Positions 50,602-62,728 of a stretch of 64,000 bases of DNA are shown here, in pieces. Source of the stretch: Podarcis vaucheri (lineage: Eukaryota). The DNA lies in assembly GCA_965113315.1 (NCBI GenBank), contig OZ220363.1; one strand, given 5' to 3'. The notes beneath the pieces are model-generated. The model was not told the DNA's origin. It was given only the letters and a program-made list of their open reading frames with translations, and did not search any database. Each line of letters opens with the position of its first letter. Positions within the stretch are counted from its first letter, which is position 1. The translations under genes and the position numbers were made by a program.

Positions 50602-52289
50602 CTGTTATGATGATGTTTTGAATCAGTTGCAGTGTTATGCTTGCTGAACAACCATCCAGATTGTTCACTTTATCTTGTTAAACTAGACATGGCTTGCTTT
50701 TTCAATTATGTGCATAAGCAAGAGGAGGAGGAAAGTAGATAGTTTTTTTGGGAAAGTATTGTTGAATTCACAGCCACCCAGTGTCATCACCTCGATTATC
50801 AGAAGTTGCTGATTTTCCAGACAGTGCCCCAGAGACCAGTAGGAATAGCGGAAAGGCGTGTAACAGTATTATAGGCAGAAAAGATGTGACAACAGCTTGC
50901 ACCTTTAACTGATCTATCAAACGTCTTTGATAGATGCCAAGGCTTTGTACAACTAAAATCACAGCACCATCTTAAGTCCATAAACTTTCTCTTTCTTGTC
51001 TTCTTTTTCTTCTTCCTTTTTCATTGAAATTGTACTTTTTGGAATATGTTTAGACATTTGTTCCAGGCTCTAAGGCCAAATGCTGCAGATAGATAATGTT
51101 GGTTCACACATTCAACTTGAAAAAAATATTTTGGCCGGCATTCTGAGCCAGATGTAGTTCAACCATTTCAGCATAGCCTTATACAGTTCTAAAGGTGCTG
51201 CTGTTTAAATCCAAGGAAACTGTCAGAAGCATCTTGAGGTACCACCACCACACCACCAGATTTTTCCTTCAGAGTCAAACCTTTTCCCAGCATTCAGCAG
51301 GAAGCATAATGTGTTGAACATTATGATGACTGCCTGAGATGAGCCCAAGAGAACATGCTTTAGATTTTGAGAAATAACACCAAGCCCACAGAAAGCCCTT
51401 TGGAATAAGAAAGCAAGGTCGACCCCATCTGCAAGAGAAAATGCTAATACATTTCCATAATAAACCAAACCAAAATTGCAATGCAAGTTGTGTATGTGTT
51501 TGTATAAATTCCATTTGTTCATCTTTCATTCCCTAATATTGCAATCGTCCTCTAATGTTGGCAAATCTATGCTCTTGGGTTCAAAAGATCTCTGTTTTCA
51601 TGTGTTTGAATAGCAGTTTATATAGTTCTTTCTTTAAAACAAAGTGAAGCATCACAAAATGAGCTCATGTTAGCTCACAACTTTCTAAACAAGGAACTGA
51701 TTTGAGCCAATTTTGTGAAGTCTACAAGCATTGGCTACTTGAAAAACACAGCGGCAACTTGATTTGGTATGGGCCAATCTCATCATGTTTCTATGCTGAC
51801 TTTTACTGGCTGCGTGTCTGATCTATGTGTACTTTAGCACTGCCAAGCTCCCTTTGTGTAGCACTGAATTGAGGCCAACGTGGTTACATATGACCGCACT
51901 TTAAAAAATGCTGCTTTAAGATATGGTTAGACAGGGATGACATGTTGGTTTGGAACTTCTGCAAATTTCAGGGAACTTTGGAGTCTAAAATAAATTCAGA
52001 TTTGGGATTTGTGACTCACTCTTGCTTAGCCAAAGCCAAATAACACGTGAGCCTTGGGTTTCATGGTTTTGTTAAGATTTAACAGAACACATCTGGGGGG
52101 AAATGCCTTCAAATGTGTGACTCTGCTTTCTTTTTTTAAAGTAATCACAGCATATTATCTGCAGATGTAGTAGCAGATATAGCACTGCACCATGATTCTA
52201 ATTATTAACTAACTTCTAGACTTTGATACTGTGAGAGTTGATGCTGACATGAAAGAGGTATCGTCAAGATCATGCTTTAGTAGTCATAC

Positions 52290-52463
52290 CAGTAGCTGTT
52301 GAATAATGTTCATCATCACCTAGAGGAACAATTCGGGGTAGCACATCCTCCCTTGTGCCATTTGTTGAATATCTGACTTCACTGTCTTTTTCAGAGTGTA
52401 CACCATGCAGAAATGAATCATGGGCCGAGTCATCATGCTTGACATCTTTGGTGGAGACCACAG
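52290..52463 (-). CDS. CD44: CD44 stem repeat exon R1 (AVVSTKDVKHDDSAHDSFLHGVHSEKDSEVRYSTNGTREDVLPRIVPLGDDEHYSTAT)
   Basis: acaacag acceptor, CTG|gtatga donor, 174 bp, open. Confidence 0.8.
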
Positions 52464-54683
52464 CTGTTGTGACAATAGTTGAATTTATATTTATTTGACT
52501 ATATTCCACACTACCACCAACCAATTAACATTGGTATTATTTCTTGGGTATAACACATGGGTATAACATAAGTTCAGGTATTTTTAATGCACAGCTCACA
52601 TATCCATGCCATTTCGTCTTTAGCATCAAGTGGAAACTTACATGGGTGAGAGAACCCTCTGAAATTCACCATCGCAGGCACAACAATTTGAAATCAAATG
52701 CAATACTTTACAGTGGACAGTTCACACATGTCCATTGAATGCCATCAAATACTGAATAAATAAACAACCATGAATCAGGAGTGTGTCCTCTTTAGATTGT
52801 AAATATTCACTCTGGCTGAAAATTGCTACAAAAGTAGTAGATCTGCAAGCAAAACCCATGATATGGGACAGAAAATTTTCCCAAATGAAAATTTTTCTAG
52901 TTTCTGTTCCCTAACTGGCAATGAATGGCTGCCAATTGCTAATGTAATATCGGAAAAGTTTGGATGTTTCAAAGGTTTTGTTCTATTTACTAAAACACAA
53001 GTAAAAGAAATATGCTAGGTTAGATAACCATGTAGGTCATCAGAAAATTTTCTGATGCAAGCACTTCTGGAAAACCCACATCAATGGGCAAATGTCAGGA
53101 TCATAGCCCTCAAATGTCTTGGAAAAATAGAATTTTGGAAACTTAACATTTTACTTTTCATCAGAGTGGCAGAGTGCATTTATTTTAAGTTCAGGTGGGC
53201 AATCGCACAATAGTGCCACTAGTTTTGTACTACTGCTGAAGAAAATTGCAATCATGACCACTGATGAGTTTCAGAGATCATTACAAAAATCCAAACTCAA
53301 CCCTTCTGTTACCATCAAGTGCTATGCATCCTAACCTTTCCACTTATAACCAAAGGTTGTCATTAAAACAAAAACTGGGATTGGTTCTGTGCTTTGAACA
53401 GCAACTTGATACAGAAAAGTAAGGGTACTTCTACACTGTCGTTACTCCTGGGTGCTGCTCAGTCATGTACCAGAAAACTCAGGTTATACAATTAAAGCAG
53501 GTTTGGCACCCTTGTGCAACAAATCTGCTTCTCCTAAAAATCAGCCTTAAATGCAATGGAAAGTGTGTAAAGTGTGGGATAACAATGGCTTTATTAAAGT
53601 AGTAAGCAAGCAAGCAAGTAAGGCTGTTGCTAAAGGCACAAAAATATATGCCTCCAACTACTGTATGAAATTATGTTGGAAAACAGTAAAATAAAGTTTT
53701 GATCCACAGAATTTTTTCCTTTGAAATGCACTCTTTGACTTACGATTTGCTTTGCTTCACTATGGAAGAACTATAGCAAAATGCATGATTCAGACAATGC
53801 AATGAGACCCACTACACTTCTGATAGAAACAAATGACTACAAGCCGCTTGACTGATTTCACTAAATTGTATTTTCCACAATTAGAGAAAGAATAATCCAG
53901 GAAGATATGCACAACATATGTTAGTTTAACATATAACTTGATGCTTGTTGCTAAACCCAAAGAATAGCTTTTACCACCACCACAATATAACCACCATCTC
54001 ACCATAGCAAAATAAATTTGACCTCATAGACCACCTGTGCACAAATAACATGAATGATAAAAGTCAGAGCCTAGAGATTAAGTGTACTGATAGGAATAGT
54101 ACTTTCCCAAATACAACTGAAGGCACCAGCACACTTTGCAATGTCCCCATCATAGAGATAATCCAATGCAAAAGAAACCAAACTAGTTTAAGGATGTTTA
54201 CCAAGTAAAGCGTTGTTTCATAATATGCATTCCTAGGACAAATGCCTAACAGATACCAGTGCGAAGAGGTAAGGCAAGTCAGAGCTAAATGAAGCTCAAG
54301 CATAAAACACAAAATGAGACTTTAATTTTATAAGTATGCACCCAAGTTTGCATTTCCAGACTAAGCCAATAGGACTGTACCATTATCATATGCAAACACG
54401 AAGTCCTGCTCCCAGTTTAGGATATGCATAGAAATAATGGCAGAGTAAAATAATTCATGGTACTCAATTAAACCTTCTTTGCTTTGTGTTGTCTATTATT
54501 AAGCAGTAATCTTGCATTATATCCAGAATTGCATTATAAATTAATTTTGGATTCGATGTTGTGGTATTTCTGAATTATGTATGGCGCAAACTATTCCTTA
54601 CATCCAAATCCCATGGTTTACTGAGACACATCTAATGACTTTCATTATAGTGCAGTGCATTCATTACAGGAATTAATGCTTAC

Positions 54684-54854
54684 TGGTTTTTGATGGCCGA
54701 GGTTCGTTATCACCACTGCTGTTCCATTCAAGAACGGTTTCAGGATTTAAGTGCCCAGACCCTTCTCCATAATGATCATCATCATCGCCACCATCATCAT
54801 CATCGCCACCATCATCATCATCAAAAACATCACGATGTTCTTCAGAACTCTTAT
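54684..54854 (-). CDS. CD44: CD44 acidic variable exon (DKSSEEHRDVFDDDDGGDDDDGGDDDDHYGEGSGHLNPETVLEWNSSGDNEPRPSKT)
   Basis: cactag acceptor, A|gtaagc donor, 171 bp, open, phase 1/1; not in the ORF track. Confidence 0.78.
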
Positions 54855-55769
54855 CTAGTGATTTGATTATGTAAACCTACGATAAGCTTTTAATATCATT
54901 ATCCATTTCCCAATCACCAAAGTAAGTATCTTTCTTATTTGTGGTAGTGTTTTCAGAGCTCCTCATTAGAGATGAATAATGAGTAAGAGATTAATAATGT
55001 GTAATAGATTTATTGGGTGGAAATAAACCAAACAGTGGTGGTGGTGCAACAATGTACAATGTGCATTAAATCAATAAGAGTGTCTGTGATCCAGTGCATG
55101 GCAAGAAGATGGTTGAGTTGGTTACAGTTGCCTTGTATCACTGTATCACAAGGCATTGTGAGTGATATAATAAAGAGAAGAGAGAGCATTTACAAGGCAC
55201 TCAATACATCAGGATATGCTCCTGGGAGGCACTGCAAGATCCTTTGGATTCCACTAGAGAAAAGTTGGAGCTCTGAATATGGGTGATTTGACAAGAATCT
55301 CAGTGGAAATGCTATATTCTTACTGTATAATTTGCTACCATAAGAAAAGAGACAGTTACACAGAAGTTAAGAGACAGCACAAGAGAATTTTCAGTTTATG
55401 CATCCCACTGCCACCACAAATAATGGAGCTGGCATTAAGAACAACCAATGGATAAGAAGAAATAAAGTTATTGACAAAGCAACCCAATATTAGGATGCTT
55501 TGAGGGGTTATTAAAAGAGCAGGGGATCTCAGCAATACATAGATGTAGCAATAGAGGATACATATTCAGTCCAAATGAAGATTCATGTATATTCAGTCTG
55601 AACTGTATATTCAGATCCAAAGATTTCTGACTACGTGGGGCTTTATTGAATAGAAAAATCCTTACAGAATTAGGGGCTGTTTTCTACAATCAACACACTA
55701 CTTCTGATGTTACCATTAAGTTTGTATTCTAGACAATTATAAACGATTGTTAGCAGTTAATTTTTTTAC

Positions 55770-55856
55770 CCCAAGTTCCTTCAATGGGATGATGCACCTC
55801 CTTAAAATCAATACTGGTGGACATTTTCTCATGTGAGTTGTGATGAGGGCTGACAG
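55770..55856 (-). CDS. CD44: CD44 variable exon, loosely v7-like (AVSPHHNSHEKMSTSIDFKEVHHPIEGTW)
   Basis: ctgaacag acceptor, GGG|gtaaaa donor, 87 bp, open, phase 1/1. Confidence 0.68.
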
Positions 55857-58557
55857 CTGTTCAGACAACAGAGGAATGAGTTATGATATTTTTATTTGTT
55901 AAGCCAACATTTCCCAGCTAAGCTACTATCCATCAACACCTTCCTGAATAAACAACTTGCCTGCCAACAATAAGATTAATAAGAGGAAGGGAGAAAGAGG
56001 CTTAACAGTTAGGCGTTTGGTGCTTAATTCAAGAAAGAGGGGTCTGTTCCTATAGTTCTTGAATTGACTTCTCACAGGAATTGAAAACCTTGTAGTATTT
56101 ATCAAAATCAGAAGAGTTTATTTATACACTAGAGAGAAGTTAGCTTAGGGCACAGAAGAAGAGCAGGGCATTGATAAAATAAAGCCAAATATAATATTAA
56201 CCAATAAGGAAGCAAAATAAAGTTGAGGAAAAATTAAGTGAGGGTATTGAATCCCTTTATTTAAATTGTGGTGCATCTACAAGCCATTTTTGTGAATCCC
56301 AAAGCCCTTACTCACACCCACCCACCAAAGTTTTACCGTATGTATTTTTGTGCTTACAATGGGTGGAATCCAATCAGGGCACTTACGATAACAGAAGGCT
56401 TTTAATTCAGCAGGTGCCATTTGCTAATGGACGGGGAGGGCAAAAGATTTTTCCCAATTCACTCTTCGTCCTGCAATCCATCCCCACTATAGCTTATACT
56501 GTGTTTTGGAAGGTACCCCAAGTTTCTGGAGCTGTTTTTCAGGGGCACTGTGGAAGAGATCAGCAGAAATGTTTCCTCCTCTCAACCACTGGATCAAAAG
56601 CCCTTCCATGAGCTCAGGGAAGGGTAAGAACGAGGATACCTTTCTGTATGTATGTATGTATGCAAAGGGTTGCCTGTTATTGACTATATTATTTTTTTCT
56701 GATTTTAGCGTTTCCTCTGTTTAAACCTTGCATAAGAGAAAAATAGGACAAAGTGCCAGGCCAAGAAGCACTGCTCACAAAACTGTCCTCAAAAGATCAC
56801 TAAGAGAACTGGATCCCATAAAGTCATTTGCCCATTTTCTGTCTCTCTTGTTTCCCATTGCTAATTGGCCACAGTAAGCTGCTATTTTTTAATTCTTGTT
56901 TGCAACTTTGATTTGGTTTAAAGAGAAATGTCAAGCTGATGTGGTCAAGAATCCTTAAACAGGGAGAAGTAAATACAAGGCTTTGTGTGTTTGTTATAGG
57001 CTACAGAAAGATCAGTTATAATGACTGTTTTCTGGTCCATGGTAACGCCAGAACTGTCTAATAACGCTGCACTATGGTTTGATGCTACATTCATGAGCAA
57101 GAAAGAGCTGCTATGAGGCTTGTGCCCCTTCTGCCCCTTTCTGATCACAGAGAGAATATTTATTTTCATTTTCTGAGAAACCTGGCTTGCCATTATGTAG
57201 GAACTAGGGACAGTGGTTTAAGAGAAGCTGTGGTTGTTTAAACAAGCCTGGTTCATAACTCAAGGTTTGAAGTTGGCTTGTTCAGAAACTGATCAGAGTT
57301 TGGTTTACATCAATCTCTGGTTCATATGTTATCAGTTAAGATTCTTTGAAACTGGAACTAAATGCTCCAGAAACCTTCTCCCTGCCACATGGAAGGAGAG
57401 CAGAAAACAAGTATGCCCAAGACTCACGGAAGCTTCTTTCACTTTGTGCATGGTTTGTGTGCCTAAACCATGGCTTATCATTATGTGCAAATGCAGTGAA
57501 TGTGAAAATCATCTAGGTTATACCATCTAGGTATTATACTACAGTATAATACCAGGCTAAGGTATCACAGTGTAATAAAATTGTTAAGAGTAATGAAGAA
57601 AGCCAAAACAATGCCTTTCTGGATTCAGAATATGAATGGCAATTACAGCGGTGAATGTTTTGACAAGATAATGATTTCATGTCAACGGGCTTTTGTGACA
57701 GTTCTCAGAAAAATATAGCTATGAAGTTTTAATTGGTGCCTAAAAGAGGAGAAGTGGAAAGGAGAAAGCCATGACTAAATTATAATTATTGAAAATAATG
57801 GCAAAGCAAATGGAAGAGAGTACAGTGCAAGACTATGGAACTAGTTCCTCCTCTACAGTTACATGGGGAAGATACCTGATAAAGCTAATTTACACAGCAA
57901 AGATTTTACCCTAATTCTTATTTTCACAACTAACTTTTATCCATTATTGCATATATCTAAAACAATTTCAAAATGATCCATATTATTTAGAAATATTTGA
58001 ATTGAGCACAGTGCTGCAGAAGGCTTCCCATATTGCACATTGCAAGGAAAGGTGCATGTGTGTGCTTAGTATGGGCGTACCTTTTTCACAGGCACATATG
58101 TGAAGCTGAGGCATTTAATACCTTCTTGGCCAGAGGGAATTGCTGCATTGTGCTACAACCAGGTAACAACAATGAAGCTGCTAGGTCAATCCACATGACC
58201 ACTTTCAGCATAGTAATTGCTGTGCACTTCCACTGGCAGTTCTCCTGTGGCTACATGCAGTACAGTATGCTGATTTGTGCTTCCGCACGATGGTATAAGT
58301 GGTTGGAGAAAAGAGGACCTGCGGTCAACTTGTGCACTGTTCTATGTGCCACTGGCGACCACATGACTGCAATCCTCTCATATTGCCAGTGCTCAAGCAT
58401 AACAGTCACTGTGCTGGAGGCGGCTGCAATGCTGGTTTCAGTCACAGCAGGCAAAAGAAGACTAGCAGTAACTTCTCATCGAGAAGACGAGTTTGTTGCC
58501 CGACCATTTTTAAGAGCGGGGGGTGTCAAACTGACTAGAACATTTGTAAGGCGTTAC

Positions 58558-58686
58558 CCTTCCTGGAAGTTGCGTTGCGCACTTCTTTGTGTTCCTCCGA
58601 CTGCCACCATAAAGGGAATTCTTCAGGAACCTGTCGAACTAGAGTAGAGTTTTCAGGGCGCTTCTCATTGTTTGACACTTCACCAG
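58558..58686 (-). CDS. CD44: CD44 variable exon, v6-like (AGEVSNNEKRPENSTLVRQVPEEFPLWWQSEEHKEVRNATSRK)
   Basis: cattacag acceptor, AGG|gtaacg donor, 129 bp, open, phase 1/1; contains Trp like mammalian v6. Confidence 0.78.
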
Positions 58687-59087
58687 CTGTAATGATGGCA
58701 GAGTAACTAACAGGTTGGATATATGCTGTGGCAGATTAACTCCATTAATCTGTCTTCCATCACCATCACCAGGACTTCCTCTTAATGGAGAATGAAGGAT
58801 CACATCCTGTGTTCTTGAATGGCGTTAATGTTGAGTTTGTTAGTTTGTTTGTTTATACAACACAGGCAAATAGTCCTCAGCTTGGCCATAATCCAAAATA
58901 AGGAAAATGTATAAAGGGGCACCAACAGAGAGAAAAGAAGCCAGAATAACACACTAAATGGTATGAATAATGTGAGTGCAAATTAAAGATGTGAAGGCTG
59001 AGTGTATGTTGGGAGAATAAGCAAGTATGAGTAAGCTTCAGAAAATATCTACAAGGCCATTTTCCCAGTAAAAAGAATTGTGCTTAC

Positions 59088-59192
59088 TGATACTAGGAGA
59101 AAGCTGAGTTTTTCTGCCATACTTATCCCCTTCGAGTCCAGGTGTTTTGTATTCTTCTGTTGGATCTTCTTGCTTCTCATGTGAGTCTAAAT
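59088..59192 (-). CDS. CD44: CD44 variable exon (DLDSHEKQEDPTEEYKTPGLEGDKYGRKTQLSPSI)
   Basis: catgacag acceptor, A|gtaagc donor, 105 bp, open, phase 1/1. Confidence 0.72.
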
Positions 59193-61680
59193 CTGTCATG
59201 ATGAAGTTAAAGGGTTGTAAAGATTTTCATTTTTATCCACAACACATTTGAATATTTAGCCATAACTGGAAAAGCAAAACTGGAATTTAGTGCTCTTGTG
59301 CACTATGAGGATGGTTTAAGGAGTTACTTGCTGAACATTTTCCATCATTATTTACTTCTGTTCCAGTGCTGAGTCTTGGTCTTTTCCTTGTGGCCGTGCA
59401 GAGAAAGGGAAGAGCGCTATCATTTCCTCATCCATTCATTTACATCACTCTGTGAGATGAGGAGATGTAAACCTGATGGAGAGCATTCTCAATGATAAGA
59501 GGGAAAGCAGCAGCAATCCAAAGGGGGAAAAGCCTTGGTGGAGAGAAAGAGATCAATGAGAAGAAAGAAAAATCTCACTGGTGAGAAGACAAACCAAGCG
59601 GTATCTTTCCATTTCAGCACAATGGAAAATGTGAGAGTGAATATAGCAAAGATGTTCATGCTGGAAATTATTTCATGTATTTTTTTTCCAAATGACAGCT
59701 TGTTGCTTTCATGTTTATTCTAAGAACAGCAATTCTTAGTTTTCAGCTTTGAGTTCCCAAAACATGTGCAAGGAATGGCATTTATTCTTCACTCAGAGTA
59801 TAACATCGCCCATTTTCTTGGATGATTTCCAGTACAGCAACATCATCTGACAATCAGTAATTATCTATTAGGTTCACAGAATCAGACAAAATGGAAGGGG
59901 TATTGCAGGCAATATAGCCCAGCCCACTGCTCAATGCAGGCTGCAACCATGGCATCCCTGAGAGATGGCCATCCAGCCTCTTCTTAAATGAAGCATGGAA
60001 GTAGACTTCTGATGGGTTCGTTCCCCAAGAAGCAACACAAGCATAGCAGGATTAGCAGTCAACTGAAGCCTCTTCCCAAACTTAAGGTTTCATCTAACCA
60101 AAGTTTAGTGTACAGAAATGTATGGAATAAATACATACTAAACATACAACAGAATGTATTCAGTGCTTGGCTGGAATGCAATTCGGTTGACAAAATAGAA
60201 ATCTTAGGCAGGGGAATTTGTTTCGCAAACACAAAGACCCCCAGAAACAACAGGGGTGCATCAAGAGGATGAAGCAGCTAAGAGGAAGACCCCCAATCCC
60301 TGGTTGCACCAGTGCACAGATCAACAGGCTCAGGATGACCTTTGATCTAGTTATAGAGCAGAACTGCAGAGAAAAGACCACTGTTTTATTCAGCCTCAAA
60401 ATTCAGAACAACTAAAAACAATTATTTATTTTGCAGATGATGTCCTGGTGATAATGTGCAACATGGACAACTGTAACAAGAGACCAAATAAATAAATAAA
60501 TAACCAATTCTAGATCAAACAGCTGCAGCAATTTTAAAGTACCATTAATTATACATTTATAAAATCAAGAAGTTGGTTTGGTCCAGGCTAGTGGACTAAT
60601 TAGATTAGTGCTAAGTGGTTTTATTGGCTGGCTCTTTAATACTCCTTATATCAGCTTGCCCTTTTCATGAACTTATATAGTTTGGGAGTATCTAGCTTAT
60701 GAACTTGCCATCATTTCTCAAAAAGCTGGTTTGAATCTCCAATCGCTATAATTCCTTAGACCACCCTTGAAGCGAGAAAGCTGAGATCAAGATTAGAAAC
60801 GCACACGTATTCACAAGTTTCTGCTCCGCTGCCAATTCCACAAATCTACTGTTGCAAGTTAGAATGACATGTAAGCAGCAGACCCACAACTATTATCTGT
60901 GAAAAGAAATAGCTGTGGTGTGAATTGCACAAGATTTTCCAGTAAAGGCAACTGTACAAGTGATGTGCAAAACTGGTTCAAATCTGTACTGCTGTCTACG
61001 TTTTGATGCAAACATTTAAATCGTGCAGTTATGAATGACAATACGCATGCAGTGTAAAGCCGGTGATTCAAACACACTGCTTTTGCAGGTATTGGCCTCA
61101 AATTCTTGCTGTCCCAGCATGCAGGACATATTTCACACATCCCTAATACCAATCTTCCTTCCAGCACCTTTACGCCCTGCCCTGGCTTCCGGAGCATCAG
61201 CTGTTAGTGAAGCCTTTCTCCATGTTATGCATTGCTACATGAAGGGAAGTCACTACCACCAGTGCAAATTGTACATTTTACTCAACATTAGGAGTTACCT
61301 TGCACTGAGGGGGGGGGAGAATTAACATTATTTTAAGAAGCAGGAAATAACTAGTGACACTACTGTGTGAGACCATTAAAATACATTTTTGTTGCTAGCA
61401 TGCAGCTAATTTCCTTCTTGCTCATTATTTCTTCAAGAAGTCCCAAAGTAAACCTAAACAGGTTTATCTAGAAAGTTGCAATGTCAACCACATCATTCAG
61501 CAGCTAAAACGTACATTTCAGTGAATGATCAAAAGAAGCCCATTTAAATGGCAGTGCTGGCCAACTTGCATGTATTGAGATGACCATACAAATAAATGAT
61601 AAATGATGCCTTAATAATAGTTCGTGTGAAAAGTGGTGATCCAGAGAGATATCAAAATCATCTGGGCTCTGGTCAGAGAA

Positions 61681-61686
<6 letters not shown>

Positions 61687-61766
<80 letters not shown>
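61687..61766. repeat. Compound (CT)n(CA)n microsatellite
   Basis: Directly visible. Confidence 0.95.
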
Positions 61767-61767
<1 letters not shown>

Positions 61768-62602
61768 TTCATGAGACACAAAAATTAAGTGCATACAAAG
61801 AACTCCAAGATGAAAGCAACATTTTTAACTCCTATCAGGAAAACCTGGATCACAGAATCTCAAACTGAGGCTTCTCTCCATCCCTGAGAGATGACCAGAT
61901 GAATCTAGACTTCTAATTCAAACAAATAGCCATAGAACTACCCTTTAGATTTTCAATGAATATTTTTTAGTTTTTCTATATTGTCCAACTGAGAAAAAAG
62001 GGATCCTCAAGCACCATTCTGTCAGTATGGCCTCAATTAACTGAAAACCACATACTCATGCAGTATGTATCAAAAGGAAAAATGCCTTTCACAAATGGAA
62101 GACAGCTTTCTGAAGAGCCTAGTTGCATATTTCCAGAAGACTCCTGGACATCTGACACAATAGCACACTGGAGATATTAATGCAATAGTTTAATTAATCA
62201 CAACTTTAAACACAGACTTGTAGAGGCTAGATTTGGCAAACTTGTACATTCTACATAGCACTGCTTCATGGAGTGGGTATCAGGCCCATGCACATTCCAC
62301 CACTACAAGTAGAATTTATTTGTGATCAGCATACATACACTAACCATGAGATCAGTCTTCCCTTTTTTGAGGGAGACATATCATGCCTCTGGACCAATCA
62401 GACATGCCACACTAGGGACAAAGAGCAACACTGATCGTGAGCTCACCACTGCAACAATGTACACAACTACACAACATAAAGATTGTGCAAACTAATCCTT
62501 ATTCAATCTTATTTCTACCACACATCACATTTCCCTTCTTGTCTCTTCCAGAAGAACAGGAAAGTTTACATAAAATGTACCTAATACAATTGTTACACTT
62601 AC

Positions 62603-62728
62603 TAGGACTTTGGGGCTGCTGGTCTTTAGAATGTCCTCCTTCATGGTGGCCATCATGTGTATTTGGAACATCAGTTGCATCTTCATCCTTCCCCGCAAAA
62701 GGCTCTTTTGAGGTAAAAGTACCATCAT
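62603..62728 (-). CDS. CD44: CD44 variable exon, loosely v5-like (DDGTFTSKEPFAGKDEDATDVPNTHDGHHEGGHSKDQQPQSP)
   Basis: tacacag acceptor, A|gtaagt donor, 126 bp, open, phase 1/1; His/acidic-rich. Confidence 0.8.

Noticed and set aside
50768-50850. LVSGALSGKSATSDNRGDDTG exon-like peptide
   Set aside because: No AG after the pyrimidine tract and no convincing donor.
38418-52463. CRISPR-like or prokaryotic repeat-spacer interpretation of the array
   Set aside because: The DNA is vertebrate, and the units are irregularly spaced, highly diverged and bounded by AG/GT splice sites.
56977-57084. Possible 108-bp CD44 variable exon (ASNHSAALLDSSGVTMDQK...)
   Set aside because: Open and in phase, but the donor CTT|GTATTT is poor and no homology is visible. 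Needs RNA evidence.
58033-58647. 204-aa + strand ORF (also 41701-42171, 18508-18969, 33158-33616, 9720-10160)
   Set aside because: No recognisable protein features; these are antisense shadows of CD44 exons or chance intronic/UTR ORFs.
59327-59472. Possible v4-like CD44 exon
   Set aside because: Has an A|gtaact donor, but a stop interrupts the frame before any suitable phase-1 acceptor. At best a decayed exon.
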